IMG/VR virus record: IMGVR_UViG_3300034520_000378
Source of the DNA: a virus
DNA length: 64,000 nt
Reading direction: 5' to 3' (one strand)
Shown: positions 36,632 through 45,776 of the stretch, piece by piece
Position numbering within the stretch: the stretch's first letter is position 1
How the letters are laid out: every line of letters starts with the position of its first letter
Translations under genes and position numbers: made by a program
The notes under the pieces: model-generated
Databases searched by the model: none
Seen by the model: the letters and a program-made list of their open reading frames with translations, nothing else
Told to the model about the DNA's origin: nothing

Positions 36632-39600
36632 GTGTTGCCGATACTCTATGTCCCGACCCACGTCCATACCGCATTCAGCGTCCTCGATGGCCTCGCCAAG
36701 ACTGAAGATCTGGTTGCCAAGGCAAAAGAGTTCGGCATGCCAGCCATTGCGGTGACGGACCATCGCAACACCGCTGCGCATGTGAAGTTCTACAGGGTAT
36801 GTCAGGAGGCGGAAATAAAACCCCTGCTCGGCGTTGAGCTGAATGAAGCTGACGACAGGCTGCTGCACTCCCGTAAAGCGCGTCAGGAAAGAGGCTACGA
36901 TGACTACCACATCATCATGATTGCCAAGAACCAGGAAGGCTACAAAAACCTCATGGAGATAGTCTCGGACGCCTCTACTGCGGGCTACTTTGACAAGACC
37001 GAGCAGACAGACATGACGGTCCTCCGCGAGCGCGGCAGGGGAATTATAGCCACTTCGGCGTGCCTGGCCGGCCGCATCCCGCGGTACATCCTCCAAAACA
37101 GGCTGGACGATGCCGAGCGATGGATATCCGACTTCAAGGAAGTCTTCGACCAGTTCTATCTGGAGATTCAGCCAAACTCCCTGCCGGAGCAGGCTGTAGT
37201 AAACGAAGCGCTCATTCAGCTTGCACGCAAGACGAACACGCCGCTCATTCTTGGCACTGACGTGCACTATGTGAACCGCGAGGACGCCTTTGCACAGGAC
37301 ATTCTATTGTGTATCCAGACAGGCAAGAAGCTCAAAGACCAGGATCGTCTCAAGTTCAACGGAGATCCGGACTACTACATGTGGTCGCCGGAGGAGATAG
37401 ACAAGTGGATTGCCGCCTCTTCCCTGCCTCATGATGCTCTGTATGAAGCTGTAGAGAACACTCTACGCGTTGCCGAAGAATGCGACGTCACACTGGATCT
37501 TGGCACGCACAAGATGCCAACGTTCAAGACACCGGACGGCTCAACGCCTGAAGACTATCTTACACGCATCTGCTACACCGAACTTGACCGCAGGTTTGCC
37601 GATCACCCCGATTACGGCACATACAAGGCACGGCTTGAGATGGAGCTGTCTGTCATAATTCCCAAAGGCTTTGCGAGCTACTTCCTCATACTGCAGGATA
37701 TCCTGGACTACTGCAGACGTCAGGGTATACCGCGTGGCGGTGGGCGCGGCAGTGCGGCGGGATGCTTCGTAGCTTACCTGCTTGGGATAACAACAATAGA
37801 TCCGATACAGAACGGTCTATTGTTCGAGCGTTAGAGGATAGCGCTCGTTAAACTGGGTGAATTCGGGGAAACTCCCTTTAGGGACAACCCCGAGCCGAGC
37901 CTGGCCGGGCCCGGCGCAAGCCGGTGGTAGCCAGGAAGGTGTAGAGGCCAGCGGCTGAGTCCCAACGATAATGCCGCCACGAGCGCCCGGCACCGGAGTC
38001 CTCCGGTGATGATATGGTCCGACCTGCCTGGCAACAGGCAGAACCAGGAGATAAAAAGCTCCTGGGATAACATAAGTGTTCCTCAACCCCGAGCGCGTGA
38101 GCTTGCCCGACATTGATGTGGATATCAGTCACGAGCGTCGCGATGAGGTTATAGCCTACGTCCGCCAGACATACGGCCACGTTGCCCAAATAGCCACCTA
38201 TTCCCTACTCCATCCCAAGAGTGCCGTCCGTGACATATGTCGCGTACTGGATCTTTCCTATTCTTATGCTGACATGCTCTCCAAGCTGGTGCCCGAGAAG
38301 ATGCCAGACCAGTCCGAGGTAACGCTTGAGAAGTTCCTGCTCCCCGTAAACGACTTTGACAAGGCTGCCGAGAAGTGGGGACCGGCCGAGGCAAAAGCAA
38401 TCAAGGCACAGGCCGAGCAGTTCCTCAAGGAAGCGCAGAAGCACCCGGAGATTATGAACATCCTCCACAAGATAGAAGGCTGTGTCCGCTCTGTAGGAAT
38501 ACACGCTGGTGGCGTCCTCATAGCTCCCACGGAGCTTACGGACTACTGCAGCCTTATTGCTTCTCCGGGCAAGGTCGTCTGTTCGCTCGATATGGAGGAT
38601 GTCGATGTCTACGGCCTGCTGAAAGTCGACCTTCTCGGCTTAAAGACGGTGTCTATCATTTATCGAACAGCAGAAAGAGTTGGCGTTGACATAGACAGTG
38701 TGCCGCTAGATGATCCTGCTGTCTACGAGCTCTACCAGAACGGTCAGACCCACGGTATATTCCAGCTGTCCGGTGATGGTATCACGAGGTATGCCAAGGA
38801 GGTGAAGCCGCGAGAGTTCTCGGACCTGGTTGACATATTGGCCCTTGCCTAGGTGGTAGGGGGCCGTTAAAGCGGGTAATATGCTGGGACGCCCTTAGAG
38901 TCCAACCGACGATACCGACCGGTGACGGATCGGCGACCCGTAAAACTGGTTGGAATTGGGCAATCAGCAGGCAAAGTACTGAGTCAGTCAGTACTGGCCT
39001 CAGAGACTGCGGAGTATTCCGGCTCATGATTGGTGACAATCATGAGTATCCCCGCTAGGCCTCTAAGGAGGCCGAATGATACAGTCCGAACCCTAGGCGA
39101 AAGCTTAGGGAGTCAGGCAGAAATGACCTGACCTTCCAGGGCCATAGCTAGGCGTTGTCTAAGCCATTCTTCAGTTATTGGTTCATCGTACCGTATAACT
39201 AACAGTTTTAATCCATGGGCACTAATTAGTTTCTGCTTAATATAGTCCCGATACTTTCTGACCTTGAACTTCTCTAGCTCGTCTTCACCGAAGCGTTCTG
39301 TTTGCGGTATATAGTGTTGCTCACCATTGTACTCTATGCATAGTTTATAGGCTGGAAAGTAAGCATCAACATAGAGCTTACGTCCCGTTTTAGGGTTAAC
39401 TAGCCATGGAAATGACTTCTCCAGGATATAGGTGCTATTGAGAATCTTGGCTATTTTCTCTATAATGATTCGCGCTGTTACTGGATTGCCTGGTATTCGA
39501 TCTTCTAGTCCGGCAGCTCTGTAAGCATTATTAAGAGAGCCGAATCTGCGCATGAATGTCTCAACTGAGTAGCGTGATGCCTCCTTAATGACCTTGTGAG

Positions 39601-42600
39601 AAACATACCCGTATTCGTCTTTGAGTCGTCTTAGCTCTTCAAGGAGGTGTTCTTCAGGAATGTTTATCTCACAGTTGATGGGTAGCCCAAGTTCTCTAAG
39701 CATGTTGTTAAAGCTTCCAAACAGGCGCTCTATAGGTTTGCGTGAATACTTGCCTTCTCGTAGATAGAGTTCTTTGGTGATGCGACCATGCTCCCTAAAG
39801 ACTCTTAGGACGTCTTCAACTAGTTCTTCTCTTGTAATTGGCGTGGCCCTGTGAGACGCTTCTTTATGCGGCTCGAGACCAAGAAGGCGGTAGACGTTTA
39901 GAAGTGATCCAAAGTGATCCTTATATGCCGTAGGTCCAAACCGCCCATGGTTGGCGATTATCTGATTGGTTACCTTACCGAATAGTTCGTAAAGCCGCAG
40001 GAATTCTTGTAGCAACTCTTCGTCGCTTATCTTTCCTTTATGCGGTGTTCTCACAGGACTCCGCCAGTTACGAGTTGAGATCCGTTTACTATCCTGTTTG
40101 TTAAGTTTAAGTTCTTCTGCAAGGCGCTTTATACCTCCGTACTTCTTCACTTGATAATACGTAAGTACGGGATGCTTCTGAATAAGCTCTTTGCTGATGT
40201 GCCCATGGGACTTGTAGATCTCATACAGATACCTGAGGACTTCTTCGCGAGTCATACCGTACTATACCTCCCATTGGTATTCTCATGGAGGTATAGTACC
40301 TGGAACAAAACGTTCACATTGCCTAGCTATACCTGGATGTAACATAAAGCTACCGTCCAGGCCCACTCGACGCCGTAGTAGAAACAGGGCGCACCATTGC
40401 AGAACAGTATATCTACAATCGTGAGCATCCAGATGAGATAACCTACCCGCACCCGGATTTGGAGGATATACTGAGGCCGACATACGGCGTTATGATATAC
40501 CAGGAGCAGGTGACTTCGTCGCCTGGCAGATACAGAAATGTATCTGCGTAGAACCGGGCAAAATCGGCGGAGCCAACATACCGTATCGTTTAGCAGGAGG
40601 AAAACGATATGTCCAAGAGCGCTTGTCATGACCCCGTCCGAGAGCAAGCAGTTGCATTATACAGCCAGGGATTACTTATTCGTGAAGTTGCCGAACTGTT
40701 ATCCCTTAAGCCCAGTACTGTCCAGTCGTGGATATCTAAGGCTGGTATAAGCAGACATCGTGGTCCCGCTTCTGGCGTGGTTAACGAAGATTACTTCGAT
40801 TACATTGATACAGAAGACAAAGCTTACTGGCTTGGTTGGCTTATGGCTGACAGCTGTATTAGCGTCTACAACGGACAGTACTCTCTTAAGATTCACATAG
40901 CCATTGAAGATAGGATACTCATTGATACGTTTCTAAGGTTTATTAGATCAAGCAATAAGCCATGCATCAAGCAGTACCGAGGATGTACTTCATACTACGT
41001 TAGTTTGACATCGCGCCACATGGTTGAGGCTCTAATAAGACATGGTGTAGTCCAAGGTAAATCGGCGCGTTGTTCTATTCCAGATATACCGCAAGACCTT
41101 GTTAGACATTTTGTACGCGGTTATTTTGATGGAGACGGTACGATTGAGACACGTGGCAAACGACGCAGGGCAGGGATAACAGGACATCCGCTTTTGCTTG
41201 AGCAAATTTTAGACATGATCATCCAGTCACACCCGTTAGAACGGTGTCCTAAAATATATCCTTCAACCGGAACATCTTACTTTCTCATTAGTAGGCGCCA
41301 TGATTTAGAGATGTTTTATGACTATCTGTATGGAGATGCAACTATATGGCTTCCCAGGAAGCGCGATGCTTTTGTTGAAGCTCTTGGGCGTGGCAACGCC
41401 GAGGTAACCATCTAGCCTAAAAACAAGATGGCACCGTAACGCATAGAGGGTGAACCTGTGAGCACGAAATGTGCTCACAGAATATAATCCCTCCACGAGT
41501 GTCCGGCACCCAAACCGTAAAGGTCGGTGGGTGAAAACGTATGCTGACCTGTGCCGAGTGGTATGGTAGGCACAGAACTAGAGGATAAAAAGCCTCTAGG
41601 GTAACAAAGTGGATGAACATTGCTAAGAAGCTTGCGGGCTACACTCTAGGTCAAGCGGACGCCCTAAGAAAACTTATAGCCAAAAAGAAGCTTGATGAGC
41701 TTCCTGCAGCTCGTGCACAATTTGTCCAGGGCGGCGTAGCAAATGGTTATCCTGAAGAGCTGATGAACCAGCTCTTCGACCAAATAGAGAAGTTCGGTGG
41801 GTTGACAGAACAGCCCCCGTGCGGAGCAATCCGCACGTGCAAACCGGGTGAATTCAGGGGAAGCCTGAGATGGTCACCCTGAGCCAAGCCCAGCCAGGGG
41901 CCCGATGGATAATCGGTGGCGGCTGGGAAGGTGCAACGACCAGGACGTGCGTCCCCGACAATAAGCGTTCCTCGAGCGCCCGGCATCCCTCTGGGATGAT
42001 GATATGGTCTAGCCCAACGGGAAATGAACCGTTGGTAGGAGCGATGCCTTCAACAAGTCCCATTCCGCAGCGTACGCATACCTGTCATACCAAACGGCCT
42101 ATCTCAAAGCACATTACCCGGTAGAGTTCATGGCCGAGTTGATGTCAAGCGATGTGGACAATCCCGATAAGCTGCTGGAGCACGTACAGGAGTGCCGCAA
42201 GATGGGCATCCCGCTGCTCCCGGTAGACGTAAACCACAGTAAAGCGGAGTTCTCCATTGAGACTGTTGACATTGCAGGCCGCCCGGTCAAGGCAATCAGG
42301 TACGCCTTAACCGGTATCAAGACCATAGGCCGCAGTGTAGCTGACGAGATTGTAGCGCACCAGCCGTACGAGTCGTTTGAAGACTTCGTGCAGAAGGTGC
42401 GCGGGCGGACGGTACACAAGAAGGTCATGCGCACGCTTATCCTTGCCGGTCTGTTTGACTGCTTTAAACCAAACAGGTACGCTCTTCTGCACAAGTACTA
42501 CTTTGTGCTACGCAGAGAAAAGCCTGATGATGTCGACTGTCCTGATCCGGCTACATGGAGTGATTCAGCTAAATATAGTCTTGATCAAGAGTCTTACGGT

Positions 42601-43017
42601 TTTGCGCTGTCTGGCCATCCTGCAGAATCGTATCCATGTCACTATCCACCTGCTGTACCGTACGATAGGCCGTTCTACATTTCCGGAGTTATCACTGACG
42701 TAATCGTGGACAAGGACAAGCAGGGGCGGCAGATGGCCAAGGTGCGGCTCGATACGCCATTTGGTCTGTATGCCATAAGATTCTACTACCGCCAGTGGCA
42801 GCGCTACAGGTCGCTCGTCAATCAGATACGTCAGCTCGACCTGCCGCTTGTCACCATCAAGGTTAGGAAGACACGGTACATGTCACATGACATCATCGAA
42901 GCGGTCCATGTGCTTGTGCCAGAGGAAGCACAGCGGATGTGGCAGGAGTATCTTGACAGCTGCTTTAACGTTCACACGGTCCTGCGCTCGAGCCGCCTTG
43001 TGCGATTCTACGCGTGA
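36632..43017 (+). CDS. dnaE: DNA polymerase III alpha subunit; exons 36632-37831, 38079-38845, 40350-40511, 41612-41802, 42044-43017 (1097 aa spliced)
   Basis: PHP domain; GRGSAAG; junctions restore LLFER|FLNPER, LAL|YRPGP, YQEQV|MNIA, FGGY|AFNKSH; 3294 nt in frame. Confidence 0.95.
37832..38078 (+). ncRNA. group I intron 1 (247 nt, no ORF)
   Basis: P1 GAGCGU/GCGCUC with U.G; P10 GAGGA/UCCUC; GAUAUGGUCC S element; terminal G. Confidence 0.92.
39113..40255 (-). CDS. intron-encoded endonuclease: four helical repeats plus a DUF559/Vsr-like nuclease domain
   Basis: Four ~50-aa repeats ending (F)GS/G..N....LGL; C-terminal LYVDAYFP...IEYNGEQHY. Confidence 0.8.
   Translation of the reverse strand: MTREEVLRYLYEIYKSHGHISKELIQKHPVLTYYQVKKYGGIKRLAEELKLNKQDSKRISTRNWRSPVRTPHKGKISDEELLQEFLRLYELFGKVTNQIIANHGRFGPTAYKDHFGSLLNVYRLLGLEPHKEASHRATPITREELVEDVLRVFREHGRITKELYLREGKYSRKPIERLFGSFNNMLRELGLPINCEINIPEEHLLEELRRLKDEYGYVSHKVIKEASRYSVETFMRRFGSLNNAYRAAGLEDRIPGNPVTARIIIEKIAKILNSTYILEKSFPWLVNPKTGRKLYVDAYFPAYKLCIEYNGEQHYIPQTERFGEDELEKFKVRKYRDYIKQKLISAHGLKLLVIRYDEPITEEWLRQRLAMALEGQVISA
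40259..40299 (-). promoter_or_regulatory. hairpin sequestering the endonuclease RBS
   Basis: Minus strand: GTACTATACCTCCAT-loop-ATGGGAGGTATAGTAC-ggt-ATG. Confidence 0.7.
40512..41611 (+). ncRNA. group I intron 3 (1100 nt) with LAGLIDADG ORF
   Basis: P1 CAGGU/GCCUG; P10 UUCGUC/GAUGAA; P4 UCGGCG/CGCCGA flanks the ORF; P7 GCAUA/UAUGC; terminal G. Confidence 0.9.
40609..41415 (+). CDS. LAGLIDADG homing endonuclease with N-terminal HTH
   Basis: [12 protein letters not shown] and [11 protein letters not shown]; AGGAGG RBS. Confidence 0.88.
   Translation: MSKSACHDPVREQAVALYSQGLLIREVAELLSLKPSTVQSWISKAGISRHRGPASGVVNEDYFDYIDTEDKAYWLGWLMADSCISVYNGQYSLKIHIAIEDRILIDTFLRFIRSSNKPCIKQYRGCTSYYVSLTSRHMVEALIRHGVVQGKSARCSIPDIPQDLVRHFVRGYFDGDGTIETRGKRRRAGITGHPLLLEQILDMIIQSHPLERCPKIYPSTGTSYFLISRRHDLEMFYDYLYGDATIWLPRKRDAFVEALGRGNAEVTI
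41803..42043 (+). ncRNA. group I intron 4 (241 nt, no ORF)
   Basis: P1 GGGU/GCCC; core similar to intron 1 (GGGUGAAUUC, GAGCGCCCGGCA, GAUGAUAUGGUC); terminal G. Confidence 0.9.
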
Positions 43018-43034
43018 AGGGAGGTGCTTCATCT

Positions 43035-43406
43035 TTGCCTCGTGCCCCACATGTGCAAGCACATGAGGTGCTTTCACTTGATGACGTTATAACGAAGCTG
43101 GCTACGCAGACAGGGATGTTTAAAAGCGACGTCCGTCGGGTGGTTGTTGCTCTGCGCGACCTTATCCTGGACGAGGTAGCCAAAGGAAATGCCGTCAGGC
43201 TGTACCGCCTGGGGATCTTCGTTCCCCGGCCGCGCTACATGACAGAGAAGACCAGTGACGGCAAAAAGCGCTTCGTCCTTGACAAAAGCAAGCTGGGGCT
43301 GGTGTTTTATCCTTCCACCCCGGCTGCCACACTCAAAGCCAAAACTGATGTGGAGCAGTTAATCAATACCCCTTACACAGGGTTCAAGCATAACTATGTA
43401 TTCTAA
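43035..43406 (+). CDS. HU/IHF-like DNA-binding protein 1
   Basis: VRLYRLGIF...LVFYPS. Confidence 0.7.
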   Translation: MPRAPHVQAHEVLSLDDVITKLATQTGMFKSDVRRVVVALRDLILDEVAKGNAVRLYRLGIFVPRPRYMTEKTSDGKKRFVLDKSKLGLVFYPSTPAATLKAKTDVEQLINTPYTGFKHNYVF

Positions 43407-43425
43407 AGGAGGAGGTATAGCTATC

Positions 43426-43704
43426 ATGAGAAAGAACGAGCTTATTTCCACTATTGCAAGCCTAACTGGTAGGGAGAAGAAGGTTGTGCGCGAGGTGCTC
43501 AATACGTTTGTGGACGTTGTACGTCAGTCCGTGCGCCAGGGGGCGAAGGTGCGCATTGCCGGGCTGGGCACATTTGCTACCGTTGACAGGCCTGCACGCA
43601 GGTACAAAAACCCCATCACCGGAGGCGACGTGATGGTTCCCCCTGGCAAGCGCGTGAAGTTTTCACCAAGTGCTGACTTTAAAAGCTACGTTAACAATGC
43701 CTGA
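43426..43704 (+). CDS. hup: HU DNA-binding protein 2
   Basis: MRKNELI, IAGLGTF, RPARRYKNPITG, VKFSPS. Confidence 0.9.
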   Translation: MRKNELISTIASLTGREKKVVREVLNTFVDVVRQSVRQGAKVRIAGLGTFATVDRPARRYKNPITGGDVMVPPGKRVKFSPSADFKSYVNNA

Positions 43705-43766
43705 TGAACCGAGCCGGGTATAACGCCCGGCTCTATGTATCTTAACTATCAAGGAGGGCGATTGAC

Positions 43767-44186
43767 ATGCGTTGGTCAGATATGTCTACGATCGAGCTTT
43801 TGCAGCTCTACGAGTCTGCACGCCAGGTAATAAACAGTGACTGCTACGGTATATCGGACATATCGATTATTGCAGGTGTCGAGGCGGAGCTGAAGCGCCG
43901 TGCCAAATCCGTCGTTGATGAGGCCAAAGCACTAATTCACGAGGTAAAAGCTGGTATTGAGCAGGAGTTTTACCGTATCCTAGATACACAGCCGCATGAG
44001 ATGGCTGTTAACAAAGCCTTTGAGCTCATGCTGGAGGCCTCTGCTCTTGCAGAGGGATACTACACCCAGGATGACATTGTTCTGGCCGTGCGCGAGTTCC
44101 TGCGTCAAGCAGTTGAGGCATGGGTTGAAACGCAGATTCAAGGGGGGCGCATGAGTGATTCGTCTAATGGATGTAGTAGTTACTAA
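43767..44186 (+). CDS. hypothetical protein
   Basis: AAGGAGG RBS. Confidence 0.6.
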   Translation: MRWSDMSTIELLQLYESARQVINSDCYGISDISIIAGVEAELKRRAKSVVDEAKALIHEVKAGIEQEFYRILDTQPHEMAVNKAFELMLEASALAEGYYTQDDIVLAVREFLRQAVEAWVETQIQGGRMSDSSNGCSSY

Positions 44187-44243
44187 CTTATAAGTTATTT
44201 ACTCATGAGTTAGTAACACATCCAGGCTTAATGGAGGTGAACA

Positions 44244-45002
44244 GTGATGGGTCTTGTTTTGAGCATAATCCCAACAGATGAAACCTTGATCGGTATTATC
44301 AAGCGCTTGAACGAGTCGTATCCTCATAAAGGCAGCAGCTGCATGCTTATAGCCAAACAGATCAAAGAGCGCGACTATATAGGCGCTGCTACTACGTTTG
44401 CTCTGTCATTTGCACAGCTTGGAGATGATGACGACTTGCCCAAGGTACTAGCGGCGCTGGCGGAGAAGCAGTATGACAGCGACCAAGTACTCATGTCTCT
44501 GTACGATATTCTTGGAGACTTGACTGAGGAGGGTGACGACTTTCAGCTCAACGAGACTAGCGACAGCTTTGGTTCATACCGTTCAGTGCACTACTTCCGC
44601 TCGTTTGCTGCACACACGCTTGACCTGTGGTGCCGTGCCGGCAGGCTATCCCTGGAAGACGGCCTGCAGCTGCTGAAAACCTCGCAGGACGCACCACTGG
44701 TTTACGACTCTATCATGTGTCCTCATCTTACCGAGCATTCCGATTGTGATGGCTACTACTTCCCTATTTACACCAAATACCCCATCAATCCGGTGTTTGG
44801 TTCGCTGTATGGTTTGGCGGAAGAGCTTGTGCTGCTTTACCGGACGGGCATATTCGGCATTCTGTCCTCGCTCAAGGAGCGCAGGCTGGGTTTTGACGCT
44901 TATCTCCTTGACTATATAGGGTTCATTCTAACACGGTATGTAATGCTTGTGCGGTTTGTTGTGACTGCCCTTGAGTTTGATGATACCATCGTATTCTGCT
45001 GA
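44244..45002 (+). CDS. hypothetical protein
   Basis: GGAGGTG RBS; 252 aa. Confidence 0.6.
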   Translation: MMGLVLSIIPTDETLIGIIKRLNESYPHKGSSCMLIAKQIKERDYIGAATTFALSFAQLGDDDDLPKVLAALAEKQYDSDQVLMSLYDILGDLTEEGDDFQLNETSDSFGSYRSVHYFRSFAAHTLDLWCRAGRLSLEDGLQLLKTSQDAPLVYDSIMCPHLTEHSDCDGYYFPIYTKYPINPVFGSLYGLAEELVLLYRTGIFGILSSLKERRLGFDAYLLDYIGFILTRYVMLVRFVVTALEFDDTIVFC

Positions 45003-45012
45003 AGGAGGTTGA

Positions 45013-45354
45013 GTGTTGATGTCCAATGTGGTGCTCAAACCAATTCCTGAGCTTACCGAAACCAATCCTGCCGCCAGGCTGGTAGAGTTTTATGCGAAGC
45101 TCGGCTGGAACATGGAGGATCAACTGGATCCAACCAGGGTTAGGATGTGGCGCGACGACCTAAACGCGCTGATGGCTGCTGAGACCGAGCATGCCAAGCG
45201 CGTGCTCACTGACCCGGGCTCTAACCCCGTCTTGCTTGTGGGATTCCTTTGGGCCAGCAAGGGACCGAGTGCAGACGGCGTCACACCCGGCAAGGTTGAG
45301 CTGCATCCCGGTTGGACTATACCGGTAACCAAGAAACAGGAGGTGTCTGCATAA
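45013..45354 (+). CDS. hypothetical protein
   Basis: AAGGAGG RBS. Confidence 0.6.
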   Translation: MLMSNVVLKPIPELTETNPAARLVEFYAKLGWNMEDQLDPTRVRMWRDDLNALMAAETEHAKRVLTDPGSNPVLLVGFLWASKGPSADGVTPGKVELHPGWTIPVTKKQEVSA

Positions 45355-45716
45355 TGGCATATCAACCAGTGTTTGTCACTATAACCGATGTTAACGGCAC
45401 GAGGCAGTCGTATTCCTGCAGGAAAAAAGTGACATGGGTTGACACGTGCATTAACTTTTCCTCTGGAGCCCGTATCGAGGTAAGCTCTTCGTACGGCGAT
45501 GAAATGTCTAGTGATGTTCCAAGTATATCTATACAGAGAAATAACAGAGGCGGGCCTGTATCACTGGATATTTCCGGATTACTTGGTACTGATACGGAGC
45601 TCTACTTAGGTGATGCGAAGGTAAATATGAGAGAGCTTGCCAGAGACCCGCAGACGGCACTGGCCAAGCTGGTTGCGCAATATCTGGAACAATGCGCTCA
45701 AGCTCGTGTCTCATAG
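45354..45716 (+). CDS. hypothetical protein
   Basis: TAATG coupling plus RBS. Confidence 0.55.
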   Translation: MAYQPVFVTITDVNGTRQSYSCRKKVTWVDTCINFSSGARIEVSSSYGDEMSSDVPSISIQRNNRGGPVSLDISGLLGTDTELYLGDAKVNMRELARDPQTALAKLVAQYLEQCAQARVS

Positions 45717-45718
45717 TA

Positions 45719-45747
45719 TTGACATTATGAGTCTTATTAGATACAAT
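45719..45747 (+). promoter_or_regulatory. sigmaA-like promoter
   Basis: TTGACA-17-TACAAT; operator overlaps the -35. Confidence 0.75.
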
Positions 45748-45776
45748 TAGTATAGTACAGGAAAGGGGGTGTCGAG

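Larger units (their letters stand above)
38846..40349 (+). ncRNA. group I intron 2 (1504 nt) with an antisense endonuclease ORF in the P9 region
   Basis: P1 GGCCCU/GGGGCC; P10 GGUAG/CUACC; AAUGCUGG, AAUCAGCAGG, UCAGAGACU, GAUACAGUCC core; terminal G. Confidence 0.92.

Noticed and set aside
37832-42043. dnaE breaks as pseudogenisation, inteins or group II introns
   Set aside because: The inserts contain stops and show U.G P1 pairs, terminal G and P7 elements, with no GUGYG/AY ends; exact removal restores the frame.
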